Positions 1-8,263 are shown, counted from the stretch's first letter. The stretch is DNA of 9,276 nucleotides from Paramoeba atlantica (GCA_977017575.1 CDRNVI010000247.1:1-9276), one strand, 5' to 3'. Numbers and translations are program-made. Notes: generated by a model not told the origin, from the sequence alone.

Positions 1-154
1 TAAAATTAAAAGTATAAAGATGATCTAGCTCACCAGTTTTATTTAAATTAAAATCTTACACAATGATTTTATATTTATAAACTACTCGCTTCCATCGACC
101 CTCGACTTTGTTGAAGTTTGAGTGTTTGAGTTTACGATATTAAAGAGAAAAAAA

Positions 155-300
155 ATATTATTGCGCTCTATTGGTGGGGCTTTCGTTAAATTATTAAAAG
201 CTCAACGTCATTGTTCGCGTTTTACGTTACACTCCACAAGCTAAACAAGTGCGTTCTGCCTTAATAATCACTACCCCTCACCAAAAGGTCGCAATAATAT
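155..300. ncRNA. Candidate long-stem structured RNA or DNA, copy 1
   Basis: Nested complementarity: ATATTATTGCG 155-165 with CGCAATAATAT 290-300 (11 bp perfect), TGGTGGGG 172-179 with CCCCTCACCA 274-283, and TTATTAA 191-197 with TTAATAA 261-267. No covariation is available because the copies are identical. Confidence 0.4.
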
Positions 301-477
301 ATGTTTTTAGCGTTTAAGATCTGGAGACCATTTTCAAAATAGAAAATGTCAATCGCTTTTTTCTTACGCAAGTACGTCAAAAAAATCGTTTTTCTCCATG
401 AGCTAAAACGAGTTAGTTCGATCGGGCTTTTTTTGATGCTTTTTTTGGATCGCAGCTTCAACAAAAAAAAATTTCCG

Positions 478-1588
478 CTGCTGTTTTCCAACAAAGAAAA
501 TTATAAAAAAATAATTTTGTTGTTGTCAAATACGATCTTTTAAAATATAAAATTTTTTTTATCGTTATAAATTTTATTCCGACATAAATTTGTTGGAAAA
601 GTAACAGTAAAAAGTTGTTAATGAAAAAAAAATAAATTCATTAACAACAACGTTGATGAAAAATAACAATCAACGCTGTTAAATTTCCAACAAAATAATG
701 TCAGAAAAAAATTTCTGCCGAAATAATTTAGCTGATTAAATTTTTATCACGACAAAAATATTTTTTTGTTGATCAATTAAATCGTTATTAACAAAAAAGT
801 TATAACGCTGTTAATTTTCCAACATAAAAATTTTTTATCTCTCAAAAAATATTTTTTGATGTTCAAAGTTATCGTTTGATAACAAAAAAGTTATAACGCT
901 GTAACTTTTCCAACAAAAAAAATTTTTTTTCGTGTTAAAAATTATTTTTGATCAATAAAAATTATTTTCGATGTTCAAATTCATCGTTTGATAACAAAAA
1001 AGTTATAACGCTGTTAATTTTCCATCAAAAATTATTTTTTTTGCTTCAAAAATTTTTTTTAACATAAAAATTTATAATGATGATTACAAAATAAGTGTTG
1101 CAACTCAAAAAAGTTGTTTAACACTGTTAATTTTCCATCAACATCATAATTTTTATTTAAAAATTTTAATCAAAATCAATTTTATAAACATTTTTTGTAA
1201 AAAAATTAAAATTTTTACTGGAAAATTACGGTGAGATGCATAAAAATTAGATTTAAACATAAATTTATGCAAACTACCGTTTAATTTCCAACAAAATTTA
1301 AATTTTTTTCATTCAAAAATAGATTTTTTTAATTTTTCGCCGACAAAATTGAAAAAAAATTGAATTTTCATTCAAAAAGTTGTAAAATTGAGTCTCAGGA
1401 TGAAAAAGTGGAAAAAGACCACATTTTATCAATTCGACGCTAAATTAGCAAAAAATTTCAATTTCTACACCTAAATGACTGTAGAAATTGGTGTTTTCCT
1501 ACAATTTTGTGGAAACTCCTGACAAACACTGCTAAATTTCCAACAAAAAGTCAATTTGCAGGTGCTGCCCGTGGATTTTCCAACAAAA
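478..1588. repeat. Array of ~11 degenerate ~20-bp sites, consensus CTGTTAATTTTCCAACAAAA, within ~90-130-bp subrepeats
   Basis: Plus-strand copies start at 478, 676, 808, 899, 1011, 1124, 1277, 1529 and 1569. Minus-strand copies lie at 589-607 and 1213-1232. The extended unit ATCGTT(TG)ATAACAAAAAAGTTATAACGCTGT occurs at 781, 871 and 983. Confidence 0.9.
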
Positions 1589-2200
1589 TACTAGCAAAAC
1601 TACTCAAAATGCTATTTTTCCGGCAGAAAACCGTCAAAATCTGCTTTTTCTGGGCAGGAATGACAAAAACGGCCCAAAAAAGGCCCTGTCATTTTGCCCA
1701 AAAACGCAGTATTTTTTCCTGTTCTGGCCTGCAAATTAGCGGATGTCCAAGTGCCCCAAAAAAAGTGACTTGGACTCCGAGCCGACTCGAAAAGTCGTAT
1801 TTTCCGGCAGAAACGAAAAAATATGCCACATTTTGTCCGACGATTATTTACAACTTTTTCTCGCATCCCATCATAGCGATTTTGCGGATCTGCAAGTTGG
1901 GAGGGAACCAACTGCATTTTTTGGCCGTTTTGAACCCGTTTTGTAAAAAATCGCATATATAAACTCCATAATTTCCCCTCAGAAATCTGCCACTTTTGGA
2001 CGCCAAAAAGTGTTTTGCAGAATCTCGAGGGCAAAATAGGAGTTTTTTGACCCGATTTTGTGAACAAAACTGGCATCAAAAACTATTCCAAATGCTCCAA
2101 TCCGAATTTCAGCTATTGAACACTAAAAATGCTGAAAATCGCTATTTCGCACTGGAATTCCGCCAAAACTCCTTTTCAATGCGTATTTTGGGCGAGAAAA
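1500..2200. other. GC-richer non-coding block with phased A/T tracts
   Basis: Composition shifts visibly. T-tracts end at 1922, 1931 and 1942 (~10-bp spacing). An internal direct repeat ATTTTCCGGCAGAAA occurs near 1615-1630 and 1799-1813, and there is a hairpin at 1652-1699. Boundaries are approximate. Confidence 0.6.
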
Positions 2201-2518
2201 TCGTGAATTTTATAATTTTTAAACTTTTTTTTGTATAATTTATCATTTTTAGCGCGGATTTGTATAATTTCTCGCATAATTTATTAGTTTTATAGCGTTG
2301 TAGTTAAAATTTTCATAATTTTATCATCAAAGTCATCATTTTTCTATAATTTCAAACAAAATTATTAAAAAAAATGTTGTCTCAGACGAAAAAATTGCAT
2401 GAAAGTTGTTAAACAACACTAAAACTAAAAAAATATCCCGCAGAAATTAAAAAACCGTGATAAAAATTTATAAATTCAAAAGAAAAATTTAAAAATCTTA
2501 AAAATTTATGATGAAATC

Positions 2519-2544
2519 ATCTTCTTTGTACCAAAATCAGATGT
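2519..2544 (-). repeat. Orphan partial copy of the module core (inner hairpin only)
   Basis: The reverse complement ACATCTGATTTTGGTACAAAGAAGAT matches the module core. The same sequence is at 7126-7151. Confidence 0.85.
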
Positions 2545-2756
2545 AAACATCAAAAAATTTTTTTAAAATCACTAGTTGAAACCATCGTCTATGGTTTCTT
2601 TTGTTAATGATCAATGTTTTCATTTCATTCATAACATTTTCACGTTAACTTCGTTCAACTAACTTGAATTTTATTAAAATTATGATTCATAAAATAATTT
2701 TTTCATTGCTAAAAATAAAACCGCAATGGAAATTATTATGAAACAAGTTTTAATAA

Positions 2757-2782
2757 TTCAAACTTAAGTTTGAACTCGAGTT
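2757..2782. repeat. Overlapping perfect palindromes (18 bp and 10 bp) at the left border of the variable cassette
   Basis: TTCAAACTTAAGTTTGAA at 2757-2774 and AACTCGAGTT at 2773-2782. Identical at 7364-7389. Confidence 0.85.
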
Positions 2783-2898
2783 ATAAAATTTTAATAACAT
2801 TAATATATACTTTTAAATAACTTCTATAATTAATTCAAAAGAGAATTTATAATTAAGAACTTATAAAACTATATTTAATGATTTAAAACTTAATAACT

Positions 2899-3006
2899 TG
2901 TTGTAATGTTTTCAATATAATAATATATTTACGATATATTATCTTCTTTGTTCCAAAATCAGATGTTGATTATCGTACATTCTTATTACATGAAAACATA
3001 ACAACA
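2899..3006 (-). ncRNA. Module 1A: constant core (2925-2997, inverted) closed by a short stem
   Basis: The core reads GTTTTCATGTAATAAGAATGTACGATAATCAACATCTGATTTTGGAACAAAGAAGAT on the minus strand. Arms TGTTGTAATGTTTTCA 2899-2914 and TGAAAACATAACAACA 2991-3006 pair at 15 of 16 positions. Confidence 0.65.
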
Positions 3007-3143
3007 TAAAGAATACAATAGGCACTCCTTACATTTAAATGCCCTTAATATAATTTATCGATATATTTAATTACACAAATAATTTAAAATATAATTTATA
3101 AAATATTAATAAAGTTCATGTAAAATGTAAGAAGTTACCCTAG

Positions 3144-3287
3144 TTTTCCTGGTATTGTGAGTATGTTTTCATGTAATAAACATGTACGATAATCAACATC
3201 TGATTTTGACTCAAAGCAGAGTAATCATCGTTAAATATCGTTACAAAGTTATTACAAATAAAACATAAATCACTAATAACAGGAAAA
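3144..3287 (+). ncRNA. Module 1B: variable arm, constant core (3165-3239), anti-repeat and anti-arm
   Basis: TTTTCCTGGTATTGTGAGTAT-GTTTT pairs with AAAAC-ATAAATCACTAATAACAGGAAAA. Confidence 0.75.
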
Positions 3288-3499
3288 TATTAAATACAAA
3301 AATATTTAATAAACTTCGATGCAAAAAAGCATCTTGACAATCTCTGTGTTTTTGTTAAAAAAAATAGCGTAAAACTACAAAACCATATATATAAAATGAA
3401 AAGTGTATAAAAAAGAAAAGCATACACTTTGATACATTCAATCGAAAAATATCTCAATCATGTATCATTAATTTTAGTATATATGGTAGGAGTTTTACC

Positions 3500-3639
3500 T
3501 TTACAGTGCTATTAGTCATGTTTTCATGTAATAAGAATGTACGATAATCAACATCTGATTTGCACTCAAAGTAGAGTAATCATCGTTAAATATCAGTACA
3601 AAGTCATTACAAGAAAACTAAAGATTAAAGCACTGTAAA
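3500..3639 (+). ncRNA. Module 1C: variable arm, constant core (3520-3594), anti-repeat and anti-arm
   Basis: TTTACAGTGCTATTAGTCAT-GTTTTCATGTAAT pairs with ATTACAAGAAAAC-TAAAGATTAAAGCACTGTAAA, including a G.U pair on the plus strand. Confidence 0.75.
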
Positions 3640-3640
3640 A

Positions 3641-3785
3641 TTGCACTAAGATTTCCTTCAGAAATTCAAGTGCAAATATCCGCCCAACTTATAAAATATA
3701 AGTGGCGTCTATATATATTTTTTTATCGAAAAAAACGATAAATAAATAAAGATCATGATAAGATTTCTACGAAATTCAATCATGA
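3641..3785 (+). other. Two TAAG/TCAA internal-loop hairpins (3641-3675, 3753-3785)
   Basis: TTGCACT-AAG-ATTTC-cttca-GAAAT-TCA-AGTGCAA and TCATGAT-AAG-ATTTC-tac-GAAAT-TCA-ATCATGA. Confidence 0.85.
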
Positions 3786-3786
3786 A

Positions 3787-3806
3787 GCATACACTATAGT
3801 GTATGC
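3787..3806. repeat. Perfect 20-bp palindrome GCATACACTATAGTGTATGC
   Basis: Self reverse-complementary, and identical at 8443-8462. Confidence 0.9.
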
Positions 3807-3925
3807 AAATTATTACAAAAATAATAATTTTAAAATTTTTTCTTCGAAATTCAAAGAAGAATTTATTCGAAAAAAATATAAATTTTAATGTTTTCGTGTT
3901 TAACTACAACTTAAATTTATATATA

Positions 3926-4300
3926 TTTCGTTAAATTAAGAGAATAATTAAACGAAACTGTTACTCGGCAAAAATAAGGGAATTTTTGAGTAACAGACCG
4001 TTCAAATTGAAAACAAAAAAACAATTTGCACGGCAATTCTTGGGGTTTTTACGCCTCACGGCTTCGTGATTGGACTAAAGAGCAGGAGCGAGAGCAAGAA
4101 AGTTTGCAGGGGTAGTTGAGTTAGCTATTCCCGGTGGAAGCTAACCTCGATTCTTTAGTCTTTAGTTGTGGTAATTTGGGATAGTGAAGTAAAATTTTTA
4201 AAGTTCACTATCGACAATTACTATTCTCTTTCATCTTTTGGCGTGCATTGCTAATTGATCCCAATAGACAATCACATTCAGAAATGATCGTTGCTATCCC
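3926..4300 (+). ncRNA. Structured RNA of unknown family, copy 1
   Basis: Stems at 3926-3957, 3958-3996, 4056-4069, 4073-4080 with 4153-4160, 4118-4148 and 4168-4224. Two double compensatory changes versus copy 2. Ends are approximate. Confidence 0.65.
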
Positions 4301-4763
4301 TATATGTATGTAAAATATCATACATAAGAATCAATAAGATCTATTTCGTCTCCTCTTTCATCCTTTTAACATAGCAAGACTAATCTATATTATATAATTA
4401 TTATTCAACTTTTTTAATTATATTTTATCTGCTTGAACACCATAGTTCGATAAAAAATAAATAAAAAGATGAATAAATAACTAAAAAATAAAGATAGACA
4501 AGAACAAGAATAGTTTAGTTTAATTCCGTGTTAAATCCTCAATCCTTAAGTCGGATTTGTCACTCCATATACGATCAAACTTTATTTACTTAAATTTTTA
4601 CAAAGATAGTAAAATTAAAAGTATAAAGATGATCTAGCTCACCAGTTTTATTTAAATTAAAATCTTACACAATGATTTTATATTTATAAACTACTCGCTT
4701 CCATCGACCCTCGACTTTGTTGAAGTTTAAGTTTTTGAGTTTACGATATTAAAGAGAAAAAAA

Positions 4764-4909
4764 ATATTATTGCGCTCTATTGGTGGGGCTTTCGTTAAAT
4801 TATTAAAAGCTCAACGTCATTGTTCGCGTTTTACGTTACACTCCACAAGCTAAACAAGTGCGTTCTGCCTTAATAATCACTACCCCTCACCAAAAGGTCG
4901 CAATAATAT
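4764..4909. ncRNA. Candidate long-stem structure, copy 2
   Basis: Identical to 155-300. Confidence 0.4.
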
Positions 4910-5086
4910 ATGTTTTTAGCGTTTAAGATCTGGAGACCATTTTCAAAATAGAAAATGTCAATCGCTTTTTTCTTACGCAAGTACGTCAAAAAAATCGTTT
5001 TTCTCCATGAGCTAAAACGAGTTAGTTCGATCGGGTGTTTTTTGATGCTTTTTTTGGATCGCAGCTTCAACAAAAAAAAATTTCCA

Positions 5087-6195
5087 CTGCTGTTTTCCAA
5101 CAAAGAAAATTATAAAAAAATAATTTTGTTGTTGTCAAATACGATCTTTTAAAATATAAAATTTTTTTTATCGTTATAAATTTTATTCCAACATAAATTT
5201 GTTGGAAAAGTAACAGTAAAAAGTTGTTAATGAAAAAAAATAAATTCATTAACAACAACGTTGATGAAAAATAACAATCAACGCTGTTAAATTTCCAACA
5301 AAATAATGTCAGAAAAAAATTTCTGCCGAAATAATTTAGCTGATTAAATTTTTATCACGACAAAAATATTTTTTTGTTGATCAATTAAATCGTTATTAAC
5401 AAAAAAGTTATAACGCTGTTAATTTTCCAACATAAAAATTTTTTATCTCTCAAAAAATATTTTTTGATGTTCAAAGTTATCGTTTGATAACAAAAAAGTT
5501 ATAACGCTGTAACTTTTCCAACAAAAAAATTTTTTTTCGTGTTAAAAATTATTTTTGATCAATAAAAATTATTTTCGATGTTCAAATTCATCGTTTGATA
5601 ACAAAAAAGTTATAACGCTGTTAATTTTCCATCAAAAATTATTTTTTTTGCTTCAAAAATTTTTTTTAACATAAAAATTTATGATGATGATTACAAAACC
5701 AGTGTTGCAACTCAAAAAAGTTGTTTAACACTGTGAATTTTCCATCAACATCATAATTTTTATTTAAAAATTTTAATCAAAATCAATTTTATAAACATTT
5801 TTTGTAAAAAAATTAAAATTTTTACTGGAAAATTACGGTGAGATGCATAAAAATTAGATTTAAACATAAATTTATGCAAACTACCGTTTAATTTCCAACA
5901 AAATTTAAATTTTTTTCATTCAAAAATAGATTTTTTTAATTTTTCGCTGACAAAATTGAAAAAAAATTGAATTTTCATTCAAAAAGTTGTAAAATTGAGT
6001 CTCAGGATGAAAAAGTGGAAAAAGACCACATTTTATCAATTCGACGCTAAATTAGCAAAAAATTTCAATTTCTACACCTAAATGACTGTAGAAATTGGTG
6101 TTTTCCTACAATTTTGTGGAAATCCCTGACAAACACTGCTAAATTTCCAACAAAAAGTCAATTTGCAGGTGCTGCCCGTGGATTTTCCAACAAAA
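5087..6195. repeat. Array of ~20-bp sites, copy 2
   Basis: Colinear with 478-1588. Confidence 0.9.
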
Positions 6196-6807
6196 TACTA
6201 GCAAAACTACTCAAAATGCTATTTTTCCGGCAGAAAACCGTCAAAATCTGCTTTTTCTGGGCAGGAATGACAAAAACGGCCCAAAAAAGGCCCTGTCATT
6301 TTGCCCAAAAACGCAGTATTTTTTCCTGTTCTGGCCTGCAAATTAGCGGATGTCCAAGTGCCCCAAAAAAAGTGACTTGCACTCCGAGCCGACTCGAAAA
6401 GTCGTATTTTCCGGCAGAAACGAAAAAATATGCCACATTTTGTCCGACGATTATTTACAACTTTTTCTCGCATCCCATCATAGCGATTTTGCGGATCTGC
6501 AGGTTGGGAGGGAGCCAACTGCATTTTTTGGCCGTTTTGAACCCGTTTTGTAAAAAATCGCATATATAAACTCCTTAATTTCCCCTCAGAAATCTGCCAC
6601 TTTTGGAGACCAAAAAGTGTTTTGCAGAATCTAAAGTGGAAAATAGGAGTTTTTTGACCCGATTTTGTGAACAAAACTGGCATCAAAAACTATTCCAAAT
6701 GCTCCAATCCGAATTTCAGCTATTGAACACTAAAAATGCTGAAAATCGCTATTTCGCACTGGAATTCCGCCAAAACTCCTTTTCAATGCGTATTTTGGGC
6801 GAGAAAA
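6107..6807. other. GC-richer block, copy 2
   Basis: Colinear with 1500-2200. Confidence 0.6.
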
Positions 6808-7502
6808 CCGTCGATTTTATAATTTTTAAACTTTTTTTTGTATAATTTATCATTTTTAGCGCGGATTTCTATAATTTCTCGCATAATTTATTAGTTTTAT
6901 AGCGTTGTAGTTAAAATTTTCATAATTTTATCATCAAAGTCATCATTTTTCTATAATTTCAAACAAAATTATTAAAAAAAATGTTGTCTCAGACGAAAAA
7001 ATTGCATGAAAGTTGTTAAACAACACTAAAACTAAAAAAATATCCCGCAGAAATTAAAAAACCGTGATAAAAATTTATAAATTCAAAAGAAAAATTTAAA
7101 AATCTTAAAAATTTATGATGAAATCATCTTCTTTGTACCAAAATCAGATGTAAACATCAAAAAATTTTTTTAAAATCACTAGTTGAAACCATCGTCTATG
7201 GTTTCTTTTGTTAATGATCAATGTTTTCATTTCATTCATAACATTTTCACGTTAACTTCGTTCAACTAACTTGAATTTTATTAAAATTATGATTCATAAA
7301 ATAATTTTTTCATTGCTAAAAATAGAATCGCAATGGAAATTATTATGAAACAAGTTTTAATAATTCAAACTTAAGTTTGAACTCGAGTTATAAAATTTTA
7401 TAAATTTAAATTATAATTTCAATCATTTCTATAATTAATTCAATAGAGAATTTATAATTATGAAACTATGAAACTATATTTAATGATTTAAAATTTAATA
7501 AT

Positions 7503-7632
7503 CCCTGTATGTGTTCTTTATGTTTTCAATGTCTGATGATATGTTCGATATATCATCTTCTTTGTACCAAAATCAGATGTTGATTATCGTACATTCTTAT
7601 TACATGAAAACAAAAAAGAACATACAACAGGG
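7503..7632 (-). ncRNA. Module 2A: inverted constant core (~7541-7611) closed by a long stem
   Basis: CCCTGTATGTGTTCTTTATGTTTTCA 7503-7528 pairs with TGAAAACAAAAAAGAACATACAACAGGG 7605-7632. Confidence 0.7.
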
Positions 7633-7756
7633 AAATACTAAGATACTTTAATAACTATTATGTATATAAATTGATCGAATATATAATTACAAAAATAATT
7701 TAAAATATTCAATAATATTAAATATATATAGTTATTAAAGTGATCTTGTATCCTAG

Positions 7757-7899
7757 TTCATGTCGATTCTTTTAGGTTTTCATGTAATAAGAATGTACGA
7801 TAATCAACATCTGATTTTGACTCAAAGTAGAGTAATCATCGTTAAATATCAGTACAAAACTTATTACAAAGAAAACAACTAATAAAGCATCGACATGAA
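7757..7899 (+). ncRNA. Module 2B: variable arm, constant core (7776-7850), anti-repeat and anti-arm
   Basis: TTCATGTCGATTCTTTTAG-GTTTTCATGTAATAA pairs with TTATTACAAAGAAAAC-AACTAATAAAGCATCGACATGAA. Confidence 0.75.
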
Positions 7900-7900
7900 A

Positions 7901-7970
7901 TTCTGCTAAGATTTCTACGAAATTCAAGCAGAAAATTACACTAAGATTTCCTATAGAAATTCAAGTGTAA
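7901..7970 (+). other. Two TAAG/TCAA hairpins (7901-7933, 7936-7970) directly after module 2B
   Basis: Outer stems are TTCTGCT/AGCAGAA and TTACACT/AGTGTAA, around the same internal loop. Confidence 0.85.
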
Positions 7971-8119
7971 ACAAACATTAGTATTGCAAAAACAATCTAT
8001 GTTTGTATTAAAAAAAACACATCTAGAACAATATAATATAAATCAATAAAAATATTTAATTACAAAAATAATATAAAATATAATTTATAAATTTATTATT
8101 AAAATGATCTAGATGAACA

Positions 8120-8262
8120 TATTCCTGGGTATTCTAATGTGGTTTTCATGTAATAAACATGTACGATAATCAACATCTGATTTTGACTCAAAGTAGAGTA
8201 ATCATCGTTAAATATCGTATAAAGTTTATTAATAATAAAACCACAAAGGAATCCAAGGAATA
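8120..8262 (+). ncRNA. Module 2C: variable arm, constant core (8142-8216), anti-repeat and anti-arm
   Basis: TATTCCTGGGTATTCTAATGTG-GTTTT pairs with AAAAC-CACAAAGGAATCCAAGGAATA, including a U.G pair on the plus strand. Confidence 0.75.
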
Positions 8263-8263
8263 A

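Larger units (their letters stand above)
1..4609. repeat. Tandem unit copy 1 (4609 bp, ORF-less)
   Basis: The start TAAAATTAAAAGTATAAAGATGATCTAGCTC recurs at 4610. The copies are colinear with offset 4607-4609 up to ~2793 and offset 4656 after ~3790. Confidence 0.98.

Noticed and set aside
113-121. Nematode SL1 3' end (AAGTTTGAG)
   Set aside because: The rest of the leader and the splice donor are missing, and the match is mutated in unit 2.
261-543. ORFs of 77 and 65 aa, their copies at 4870-5152, and the 63-aa ORF at 5067-5258
   Set aside because: Short, antiparallel and low-complexity (K/F/I), with no recognisable motif.
1507-2238. ORFs of 151, 155, 67 and 80 aa, and their copies at 6114-6845
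   Set aside because: They overlap on both strands, are F/K-rich from A/T tracts, and show no recognisable domain. Several inter-unit changes alter amino acids. They are explained by the locally higher GC content.
3144-3287. MITE with terminal inverted repeats
   Set aside because: The outermost arms are the least conserved part between copies, the interior is the most conserved, and I saw no target-site duplications. This is the opposite of the MITE pattern.
3165-3594. CRISPR array, because the repeat begins GTTTT and has AAC at nt 31-33
   Set aside because: The conserved block is ~75 nt, copies are ~355-365 bp apart or inverted, there are no uniform 30-40-nt spacers, and no cas gene is present.
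3641-3675. Armless tRNAs (7-bp stem plus a short second stem)
   Set aside because: Apical loops are 3-5 nt and vary in length, and there is no consistent 7-nt anticodon loop with U33.
3978-4285. RNase P RNA: GGGAATTTTTGAG could pair with TTCAGAAAT like helix P4
   Set aside because: The 5' strand is already in a strong local hairpin (3958-3996), and I could not build P1-P3. A cmscan against RNase P and MRP models would settle it.
1-4609. Kinetoplast minicircle with gRNA cassettes
   Set aside because: The layout is analogous, but I found no CSB-3 GGGGTTGGTGTA on either strand, and the variable parts form intramolecular duplexes.
7533-7611. Hammerhead ribozyme or C/D box, from CTGATGA followed by a distant GAAA
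   Set aside because: Stem II is out of register and the motif is absent from the orthologous module 1A.
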